Assembly (NCBI GenBank): GCA_008369845.1
Contig: MRSU01010851.1
Coordinates: 1 to 50,422 of the forward strand
Length of the DNA: 50,422 bases
Origin: Trichomonas gallinae
Lineage: Eukaryota
Reading direction: 5' to 3'
In this document: positions 20,269 to 29,765 of the stretch, one piece after another
Position numbering within the stretch: position 1 is the first letter of the stretch
How the letters are laid out: every line of letters starts with the position of its first letter
The notes under the pieces: generated by a model
What the model was told of the DNA's origin: nothing
Databases searched by the model: none
What the model saw: only the letters and a program-made list of their open reading frames with translations
Translations under genes and position numbers: made by a program

Positions 20269-22286
20269 TTATGAAAAACTGTCGCATCACTTTTCACATC
20301 ACTTCTGATCAAGATTTTGCTCAAAATTAAGCGAAAAATAGGCTGCAAAATCTACATTCACATTTATTTCGTAGAAATTTTGCGAAATTTTCGAAGAAAT
20401 CAAAAAAATTAGAATTACAAAAATTTAAAAAAGAAATAGAAAAATTAATTTTTTGTCCATAATAATTAATCTTCAAAGATTTTGAAATCTATAAATCAAT
20501 GTTATATTAACCAGTAAAGAATAACAAACAGGATAATACAAATTTTCAGTCAGATTTCTCTCTATTTTTTCGATATAATTTAAATAGCTTTATAGATCTG
20601 ATATAATGAGTATTGGATCCTTGGTTTCATTAGGATGCTTATTACAAGTCCATTTATACCAATATAAAAAAATAAATTGCAAACTTAAAAAGTTGGTTAT
20701 AACCACAAACATCTTGTAAAAGTTCAATATCCATTTCCATCGTCCATTCATAAATCTAAATCCAAATAATCGCAAATAAAACCTTGTCTGGAGTTAAAAA
20801 ATTAATGAACATCTTTTGATCGTAATAAATGCATGAAAACTACATCAAATATAGAATGTACTGACTTTATTCAATTCGATATATCGTAATAAAGTTTATT
20901 GGATTAATTGAGAAAATATTCTGCCAATTTTGCTATTAAATTCAAGTATTAATGCATTTTTATGTCTATTTTTGCCAATACTATGGATAATTAAATAGAA
21001 TTTAAATTAAAACAAGAGATTATATTCTGATATGAGAAATATCTGAATCTCTGATGGAAATAAACATTGTTTTTGTTTAAATATGAACTTTATATGGGCA
21101 ATTTTAGCTGATCTAGTAAGAGATCAAGCAATTATATAGAAGTATGGAACGATTTTAAAATTCGGATGGATGATAACCAATCCTTTAACGAGTATTCCAT
21201 CAGCATCATTATATATATCATACATTCGCATGGAAAAACGCAATAAGGAACCATAAGACGTTCAGAAATCATCCTCAAGATTTAGAAACCCCAGAATAAT
21301 AAGTATTAAATCGATTTTATTTAAAAGCTTAATTCTATGCTAAAATCCATTGCGTTGGTATTTCGGCGCGTGAATTTGATGGATATCAATGAATGAATTT
21401 TTAATAAAATGCAAGTTTAAAGAAATTAGTCCATCGATTCATAACGCTATTATAATCTGATAAACAATATATGTGTTTCGGCCTGTAGGATGTTAATTTA
21501 TTTTTACTTTCAAAATCGTGTCATGTTAGTTTTTAATTTTTATATTACGCAATGATTGTTGCACGTATGGAGGTGGCAAATATTGTAAAAAATAATGGAT
21601 AATAGAAAAAGAACCAAAACGTAGCCTTTATGGGAAAATGTCTTAGAAACAGCTATATAATGATATTTATAGACAATGCCACTAATTAAATTAAAAATAA
21701 TCATGTTTTCAATTTTTTAATTAAAGGTAGATATTTATTGTATGTATGGTTGGAAAACAATGTTAATGTTTAGATTCATATAATATTCTGTTTGAATGGC
21801 ACATACAATATTTTGAATGTAAAATTATAAAATTCTGAATTAATTTAGCTTATTCTCAATATTTTGATTAATATTCAATTTGAATAGTACAGATATAGTT
21901 ATCAATTCTCTATTGACTTTCTCCTTATTCCATTTCCTTACAGAATTCACTAAAATAAATGATTTAAATCAATTTGATTATTTTGAAAATAACATTTAAA
22001 TACCATGTATTATGATTTACAAATGCAAAATTTTCTGAATTTTATTATTTGTGTACAATAAAAAAAATCAAAAACGCAATATTGCGCGGAATGTCTTATA
22101 ATTTCCAATCTTTAAATTTCCTCAAATTTCATTTTCATTATGTATCAGCTTTTTTATCAAAAGTTTTTCATTTCTGAAGCACAAATTGAATAGACGTATA
22201 ATTCCAAAAAATGTTATTTTTGATGCCTATAAGATTCTCTGAACATGTTATATTTTTTCAATTACAGAATTTTTTCAAAATAAATA

Positions 22287-22742
22287 ATGAAAGAGACTAC
22301 AATGTACATCCAAAAAAAGTCATCGACGAAACGCAAACGCACGCTCCAGAGTATCAGAGACAATGATTTGATACAGAAGAGGGTCGTTAATACCGGTAGT
22401 AAGCTACAATATGTCACAGAATACATCGATAGATATTTTCGAACACATGTTACGTCAGAAATACTCATGTCACTCGCCAAAATTGCTATAGAGAAGCATA
22501 ACTTACAAATAGACAGACTTGCAAAACGAAATAGAACTGCATTGTTATGTTGGTATTCCGAAAATTGGGATGCCATCCTGCAAGTCCTAAACGAATACAA
22601 TTTCATGGATTATCCTCAGCCTCAAAAGGAACCGACATTTCCTGAACCGGTTGTTTTTGAATCTCCTAAGCCAGAAATTTCGAACAATGAGAATGCTCGT
22701 TGTGACCCATATGACCTTTCTGTTTTATTAAATTATCACTAA
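22287..22742 (+). CDS. Small basic protein with DRLAKRxxxxLLCWxxENW motif (putative DNA-binding family)
   Basis: 151-aa ATG ORF. Basic N-terminus (KKSSTKRKR), compact helical domain IDRLAKRNRTALLCWYSENW, Pro/Glu tail ending LLNYH. Family assignment is from memory of trichomonad hypothetical proteins. Confidence 0.7.
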   Translation: MKETTMYIQKKSSTKRKRTLQSIRDNDLIQKRVVNTGSKLQYVTEYIDRYFRTHVTSEILMSLAKIAIEKHNLQIDRLAKRNRTALLCWYSENWDAILQVLNEYNFMDYPQPQKEPTFPEPVVFESPKPEISNNENARCDPYDLSVLLNYH

Positions 22743-23108
22743 TGTTTTTTGACTAATTAAAATTTATAGTTTCGGCATAGCAATGGATTTCCGGATACGA
22801 CACGATTTCCAACTCTAGTGATAGTTTACTGTTTAACCATGCACGATAACTCATTAACTATAAACATTAACATATCAAAAATTTCAATTCGTATTTTTCG
22901 ATTTGTACTACTTGTTATATTGTATCATATCAAGTGGTTATTTAATAATATTGGTATATTAGCCGCCGATCTCAATTTGATTTTTTTCCTGAATCGATAT
23001 TATAAAATTTCCTTATTTATATAATCGCCATAGGAATGACTGTTGAAGGTTATGATTAGATATAAGGAAAGAATGTTTATAACAAAACAAATTAATTATT
23101 ACATTTCT

Positions 23109-25607
23109 CTAATCAGATGCTCTTATTCTGGCTGCTGTGTTTTGCTTGAGTCTTCTGATAGTTTTGTCCATTGAAGGCTTGAAACTTGCTCTGACAGTTT
23201 GTTCCATTAAATCTAATTCCTCATAATTCCTTGCGGCTGAAAATGCGATTTGCACACAAGCATCTGCCTGGAAGCCAAGTCCGAAAACGTCAGCCAGATC
23301 CTTGCTCCTTTCAAGGAAGAAGGAAAATGCGGCGTCTCTCAAGTATTTATTGGAAACCATTGTCGACATGACTCCATTTACATTCTGCCACTTGATTTTA
23401 TTGCCAAACTCAGCGAAAACCTTTTGTGCGTTGGAAACTTCCGGTGTAGATGCGAGAGCCTTTTGAACTGATATCAGTGTCGTTGCATCTGCCGTCGACA
23501 GCATCTCGAAAAGTTCATTGAACCCATCATTTGTCCACGCCTTGAATAACAGCGATGAAAAATCATCTTTGAACAAAGAACTTGTAGATAATGACTTGAA
23601 TTTGTCTGACCTGCAAACGTGTCCGCCGAAGTGCATCATCTTCTTGACAGTTGACGCCTCGAAGACAGTCAATTTCTCCTTCTTGACTAAAAACTCAGTC
23701 CAAGGATAAACGATTTCAGCAAGCTTCTCTCTCAAAGTTTTGTCTTTCGTGTAAATGTTGACGAGCATCGAAGCTGCACTTGTTGCGGCAGAGAAAACCA
23801 GTGGATCTGTTTCCTTCTTGCACTTGAGGATTATGTTCAATAATTTGTCCTTTGATGTTAAGTTCAGCATGATTAATCTCTCCAAGTCTTGTATCATCAC
23901 CCACTTGAAATTGCTATCGATTTCGTCCCATTTCGCTGCAATTTCGCTGAGAACTTCGTCTGTATATTTGACGACAACCAAAGCCTTTCTTCCGTGATTT
24001 ACATAAGAAAACTTGTCGAAAACATGTTGCGAATTTTCAATTTGAACGAAATCGTTTTCGCTGGTGAATAGTTTGAATGGCCATGGCTTCTCGACGAATT
24101 CGCATCTTCCATCATAAACAGCTCTGTACTGCTTGATCTCCATTCCTCCTTTTTCTGTCCTGGAGACAAACAAAACTGGCGAACCTTTCGTGTAGACCCA
24201 CGAATCGAAGAACTTCGAAAGATCAACGCCGCTCGTCTGAGAAAACGAGTGCACTAAGTCCTGTGTGACTGTCGCGCTGTGCTTGAATGTATTGAGATAA
24301 TTAGACAAGCATTTCCTGAATGTTTCACCGCCGAGCATCAATCTGAGCATGTTTAGGACGCTGGCACCTTTTTCGTAAGAAATATCGTCGAACATCATCT
24401 CCGGGTCATCGAAATCGTCCTCGACAGCGTGAGTGAAATTGCTGAGGTCGAATGACAAGGCAGCATAACCAGTGTCGCTGTACAACTCGCTCCAAGGGAA
24501 GAATCCTGTTTTTTCGAGAGCCAAGTGAGGCAAAATTGACGCGAATCCTTCATTCAGCCACGTCGAAGCCCAGCTTCTCGGTGAAACCAAGTTGCCTGTC
24601 CACTGGTGCGCGTTCTCATGCGCGATGACTTCAGCAGCGCGGCTCATCACGGCTAAGTCGTCCTCTTTACCTGAAAGAAGATAGTCGCGGAATGTAACAA
24701 GTCCGTAGTTCTCCATTGCTCCAGCTGCGAAGTCTGGGACTGCTACGAGCTGCAGGGCGCTGAGTGGATACTTGATTCCAGTGTAGTCTTCGAAGAATTC
24801 GAGTGATTCGATGGCGATTTTCAGCGCGAAATTCGGTTTTTCTTTTTGCGAAGGAAGAGTGTAAACGGAGACTTCTACGCCATTCTTTGTGCGTCCAACT
24901 ATCGAATTCCACTTGCCTACGCATATGCATACTAAGTATGAAGGCATATATGGGGTTGGTTCGAAGATATACAAATCATTTCCGTTTTCTTTGATAATTT
25001 CGCGTGGTTTTGTATTTGCTAGCGCGAGATAATCGCTGGGTACTACGATGCTGAGACTGAAAACAGATCTTGCGAGTGGTTCATCGACGCATGGCATCAT
25101 CCTTCTTGCATATTGAGGCTCGAACTGTGTTGCTAATCCGATTGTTCCGGTTGATGCATCTTTTGTCTGGTAAAGACCATAAAGATCAGTATATATTATG
25201 CCTGTATACGAAAAAGAGATTTCTCTTTGATTTTCCAATATTTTGAACGTAATCGTTTCTTGTGTTGTATTATATTCGTAAATTAGGTTTCCAGAATTCG
25301 TTATTTTGATTGTTTCGGCTGCATTTAAGACAAGCTCAGTATCATAACTTGGCGGTGGAAATGTGATCCTCATTTTTGCGGAGAATGTCTTTGCGTTAAT
25401 ATCAGGCATGAGTTTCAATTCGTATTTTTCTGGAATTAATCTTCCAATTATTGAGCTTCTTCCGAATATTGCGTATTGTGTCATATTAAGGAGCGAAAAA
25501 CACGTCATGGCTACAGTCATGCATATTACTACGGTAATGGCAGTCAGAACCATTCGCCGCGGGAAAGATTTGAATGACATATTATCCATCAATGGAAAAT
25601 ATGTCAT
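23109..25607 (-). CDS. M1 family zinc aminopeptidase (APN/puromycin-sensitive type)
   Basis: TQFEPQYARR, GAMEN, HENAH-x18-E (WLNEGFA), FDDISYEKGASV. The true start may be the ATG at 25553 (TCATT Inr 20 nt upstream), which precedes a hydrophobic segment. Confidence 0.95.
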   Translation of the reverse strand: MTYFPLMDNMSFKSFPRRMVLTAITVVICMTVAMTCFSLLNMTQYAIFGRSSIIGRLIPEKYELKLMPDINAKTFSAKMRITFPPPSYDTELVLNAAETIKITNSGNLIYEYNTTQETITFKILENQREISFSYTGIIYTDLYGLYQTKDASTGTIGLATQFEPQYARRMMPCVDEPLARSVFSLSIVVPSDYLALANTKPREIIKENGNDLYIFEPTPYMPSYLVCICVGKWNSIVGRTKNGVEVSVYTLPSQKEKPNFALKIAIESLEFFEDYTGIKYPLSALQLVAVPDFAAGAMENYGLVTFRDYLLSGKEDDLAVMSRAAEVIAHENAHQWTGNLVSPRSWASTWLNEGFASILPHLALEKTGFFPWSELYSDTGYAALSFDLSNFTHAVEDDFDDPEMMFDDISYEKGASVLNMLRLMLGGETFRKCLSNYLNTFKHSATVTQDLVHSFSQTSGVDLSKFFDSWVYTKGSPVLFVSRTEKGGMEIKQYRAVYDGRCEFVEKPWPFKLFTSENDFVQIENSQHVFDKFSYVNHGRKALVVVKYTDEVLSEIAAKWDEIDSNFKWVMIQDLERLIMLNLTSKDKLLNIILKCKKETDPLVFSAATSAASMLVNIYTKDKTLREKLAEIVYPWTEFLVKKEKLTVFEASTVKKMMHFGGHVCRSDKFKSLSTSSLFKDDFSSLLFKAWTNDGFNELFEMLSTADATTLISVQKALASTPEVSNAQKVFAEFGNKIKWQNVNGVMSTMVSNKYLRDAAFSFFLERSKDLADVFGLGFQADACVQIAFSAARNYEELDLMEQTVRASFKPSMDKTIRRLKQNTAARIRASD

Positions 25608-26164
25608 TTTGCCATGTAAAGAAATATTTGTCAGTAAAATTTTATTTTTGTCGTGTAAATGAAAAAAATTTGTCAGTCCAAAAGAAAGTGCTTTAGCATT
25701 CTCCGACCTTTTCGAAAGTTAAGAATAATGAATAGACAACAATGGCTGTCATATTAATGAAAGGTTTTGATATCTAGATATATGTATTTCTATGATTTTT
25801 TCATATCCAATACGTTTGAAATAGGCTTGAATCTGATTATATAATGGTGTAGACTCAACAAGCTATAAATGCTACACATATTTATGTGCCTTGATGACAC
25901 GAACTGTCACTCATTCTTCACATTCAGACTGCATGTTTATAAAATCATATTCTATTGGATATCATTGTTATATTTACTGATTTCTCATAGTCTATACTAC
26001 ATGTATATGATTTGAAAATCGCAGAGAAAATGAGATACATCAGATTCACAAACTGAATAAGAATCAAAATTGTCAAATAAATAATTTACGTGACACAATT
26101 TTTTCAATTTGATCGTAAGAAAATTTTGTAAACTATAGAAATCGCGATCATCAAAAACCAAAAA

Positions 26165-26977
26165 ATGATATCTTACCAGATTGAGCTCATTGAGTCGATC
26201 ATCTTCATGCTCGCTTTCGCTGCGTTCGTTGGCTGTTTCATTCTTGGTGGTTCTGTCTTCCAGTCACACAATTTAATCGGAAAGGCATTCAACAAGTGCA
26301 TAAAGTTTGCTGATTTTCCGATCATTAGACTTATTCCAAAAGTTTTCTATTTGGCATCACGCTACAGTTCTTATTTCATATTTTTCAAAATATTGTTACC
26401 AAGTTTAGTCACAAGAGAGGATAGTTTGCTCGTGTACAAGATTCCTTATGTCATATCATTTGTTACTTCACTTTTATTATATATCATTGTCCTTGTAAAG
26501 GCTCCAAAAGAAATCGACAGTAAGGATCCTGAAATGCTCTGTGAAGTTAATGGCAAATATTATGTCAAGTATGACCATTTCTCTAGATTCTTCCATATTC
26601 CAATAGCTCAATCCAATCATTTTTTCTACTTCTTATTCGGAATTTCTGTTATAGTCAATTCTGTTGCTTTTAACTCACTTTCCATCAGATATTTACTCGA
26701 GAATATCAAAACCAACCCTAATACAGCATGGAGTGAAAATCGTTATTATAATTCTGTTATTCTTCTCTCTAAACTATATACAGAAGACCCAAAGATCAGC
26801 TTCATCAGCTGCTTCGAAATGATCCTTGTATTCTGGGGCTTCTCCAATCTTTCAGATTCTTTCTTGATGTTCCTTTCAGGAAAGAGTCGCTACAGATTAA
26901 TCAATAATGATAAAATCAAGAATACAAAGCGTGAGAGAATCCACCAGAAAGCTGTAGCTAAGAAGAAAGTCAAATAA
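26165..26977 (+). CDS. Degenerate DHHC palmitoyltransferase-like membrane protein (DHFS)
   Basis: Four to five TM segments; CEVNGKYYVKYDHFSRFFHIPIAQSNHFFYFLF aligns with the C..C..CV..FDHHC.W...CIG..NH.YF consensus; C-terminal KKVK dilysine. Confidence 0.65.
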   Translation: MISYQIELIESIIFMLAFAAFVGCFILGGSVFQSHNLIGKAFNKCIKFADFPIIRLIPKVFYLASRYSSYFIFFKILLPSLVTREDSLLVYKIPYVISFVTSLLLYIIVLVKAPKEIDSKDPEMLCEVNGKYYVKYDHFSRFFHIPIAQSNHFFYFLFGISVIVNSVAFNSLSIRYLLENIKTNPNTAWSENRYYNSVILLSKLYTEDPKISFISCFEMILVFWGFSNLSDSFLMFLSGKSRYRLINNDKIKNTKRERIHQKAVAKKKVK

Positions 26978-27406
26978 GAAATTTTATAAAATTATCCTTT
27001 GATGTATATATGAGAATAAATTGTTTTAATTAATAATCTACCAAAGTTTTTATTAACTTCGTGATTACAAAGATCATCATTTATATTTTAGCTAGAAATC
27101 GAACGCGAGAACATGAAGAGAAATATCAAAGAGCTCTTTTTCACAGAGAGAAAGACATCAACGTGGTCAACAACTCTCGGGTATGGGAGAAGCGCACATT
27201 AAAGATGCTGTGCATGCTAGAATAATCATGTCTCGTAAAAGTTTGTTACAGAAGAAAACAATATCACATATGTTTATAGCGATTTTAATGATACATGCAT
27301 ATACTTCATTGTCAGATGGAACATATAATTTCTTATAATCTATGCGTATTATCTATCAAAAATGAAGCAAAAAAAATTGATTTTTGAATGAAGCATTTTT
27401 GTTATT

Positions 27407-27414
27407 GTCACTTT
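27407..27414 (+). promoter_or_regulatory. Inr (TCACTT, within GTCACTTT)
   Basis: Canonical Inr about 23 nt upstream of the ATG at 27437. Confidence 0.55.
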
Positions 27415-27436
27415 TCTTGATGTGTTTATTAAAAAA

Positions 27437-28609
27437 ATGCATCTCGCTCATTTCTTCATTTTTGATTTTCGGTCAATGGGCAAACAGTCTTCTTCTGCAT
27501 CATCAATAGCTTATGGCCTCTCTAAGTCTCTATGGGAGTACTCGCTTTTTCTCGCTGGAATATCAACAGAACAGAAGATTTCATTACTATTCGACATTTT
27601 CGTCATTAATCCTGAAGGACAGCTCTTCCATCCGCTCCAAAAGAATGATATGCAACTTACCGAATTCAAAACTATCCTTGATAAGCTGGAAACATTAAAC
27701 TTCGAAGATCTAATTCCATCAAATCAAGATCCGCTTTGTACTGCACTAGATTTGATGGAAATCACTGCAGATACTGTTTATATATTCCTCCCAAGTGATG
27801 GTATCTATGTTGATCAAGTAAAATCATCAATTAACAGAAGAATTTCACTTAATCCTTCATCTCCATTGCCTCAGTTCATTATCATTGGTGAAAACACTGA
27901 ATTATGCGAACATTATTCCCAGATATCAAGAATAATTGTATTTGAGAATTGTGTCGATTGTTATTTTCAATTTTTTAGAAATTTGTTCAATAATACGCTG
28001 TTTCCACCAAATATTGAAATTCTCAAAATTGGTGACTATTTTGTTGACTGTCTAATGTATCAAATCATAAATTGTCCAATAATTATTGAAACCAAAACAA
28101 TATGCAAGTGTCATGATAGGCCAACAATCCCTGGAAAGTCATTAAATTGTCCAATACTTGAGAAGAGAATTGCTAACTCCAGCATTTCAACATCACCGTG
28201 TATAGGAGATTTTATTGTTCCAATCATCCCAGAAATTCAAAGTGGAATAACACTAGAAGCTATTGCTAAAATTCCCCTTGATAATCTCTCCGAAAGTTAT
28301 TTGTTTGGAAACGAGCGATGCTTAGTTTCCCAAAAACAATATTTTATTCAATTGATCAACGATATGAAGATGAATAAATATGGATTGATTGTCAAAAGGA
28401 TTGGAAGCAAGATGTTAGGAGATGAATTACTTATCATGTTGGCTGATAAATTTGCAAATATTATTCATATCAAAAATATTGCAAACAGATATCAAATTAT
28501 CAGATTCGGTGACTCAATACAAGAATCTGAAAATGACCAAAGTGCAAACCCAATTACATTAGACTTAGTTGAAGTTGATTCACTAATTTCATTCATAATG
28601 AACTATTAA
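27437..28609 (+). CDS. Hypothetical protein (390 aa), possible vWA plus beta-barrel fold (M1AP/INTS13-like)
   Basis: Long ORF with upstream Inr. Motifs HFFIFDFRSM, SKSLW...LFDIF, CKCH...CP, LSESYLFG and IKNIANRYQI. Family call is tentative. Confidence 0.7.
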   Translation: MHLAHFFIFDFRSMGKQSSSASSIAYGLSKSLWEYSLFLAGISTEQKISLLFDIFVINPEGQLFHPLQKNDMQLTEFKTILDKLETLNFEDLIPSNQDPLCTALDLMEITADTVYIFLPSDGIYVDQVKSSINRRISLNPSSPLPQFIIIGENTELCEHYSQISRIIVFENCVDCYFQFFRNLFNNTLFPPNIEILKIGDYFVDCLMYQIINCPIIIETKTICKCHDRPTIPGKSLNCPILEKRIANSSISTSPCIGDFIVPIIPEIQSGITLEAIAKIPLDNLSESYLFGNERCLVSQKQYFIQLINDMKMNKYGLIVKRIGSKMLGDELLIMLADKFANIIHIKNIANRYQIIRFGDSIQESENDQSANPITLDLVEVDSLISFIMNY

Positions 28610-29765
28610 ACAATTAATTTTATGGTATTTTTCATTTACTTGTGTATGTGAATGTGTATTTAGCTCGAACTTTTCCTTAATTAAGCTTATATATTGAATC
28701 TGATCTTGTTATTGGCAAACAATGAATTGTGCTTGATACAGTCCTAATCAATCTGGAGTATCCGTCGAAGGATTGTCTAAAATGCTATTTTAGATGAGAT
28801 TGGAAATAGTAGGAATCTAAATATTGATACTATTTGCCTGAGTAAACAATCAATAAGTAATTTTACTGGAAATAGCATTATATGCATCGAAATTGCTGTT
28901 AATACACTTAATTTCGAAATTTATTATCCGCAAATAGTATTTATAATGTAAAAGCATATTTTAACAATTCAATATTTAGAATATACTTCTATTTTTCCTT
29001 ATAATGCATTAACGGTTGAAATCTGACCATAAAATCATGTAAATGCAGTTTATATGTCACAGCAACACAGTATTATATATGTTTACAAATTTATTATCTA
29101 ATTAATACAATCTGATCAGTATATACTGCCTAATTTTTTAACATATTTTTTGATTAACCTAAACTATTGAAAATATATTATGCTAGTGTTGCCACTATTT
29201 ACATTTCGTATCTTAATATCAAATGTAGTGAAGATGGTCGAAAAACACTGTTAGAGAAAAATCAATTGAATTGCCAATAAAAATGCCTTAAAAAATAAAT
29301 TTAATTAAATATTATTGTTATATTCATATAAATATTGCTATATTTATATCACAAATCCAATAATAATCAACATGAATTTACTGCGGATAAATTTTCACTT
29401 TTTGATAGATGGAGTAATAATATCGGTTTTTCGTGTCGCTAAACTTATTACCACAAATATATAGACTTCATATTGATACATTTCCCGGAATTTTTACAAA
29501 ATAAACTTTGATCATTTGAGTCAAATTTTTTTGATAAATAAGCAAGTATACATGTGTTTATGCATTTATTTTCATGAACACAAAAGAACATTGAAAAAAT
29601 TGTGTTTGTTTTCAAAATTATTATTGATAGTTTTCGATGGTGTATATTTGATTATCATGCTATTATACGCATATTTACTGGGATTGCATCTATGACGCCG
29701 AATCACGTCATACTAATGTATTTCTGAATTTTTGAGAGCAGAGTAAAAAACCATTTTTTCTGTGT

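Noticed and set aside
20590..21400. Minus-strand stretches with few stops and a 61-aa TTG-start ORF
   Set aside because: The translation is unrecognisable and has no ATG/Inr context; an unassignable possible relic.
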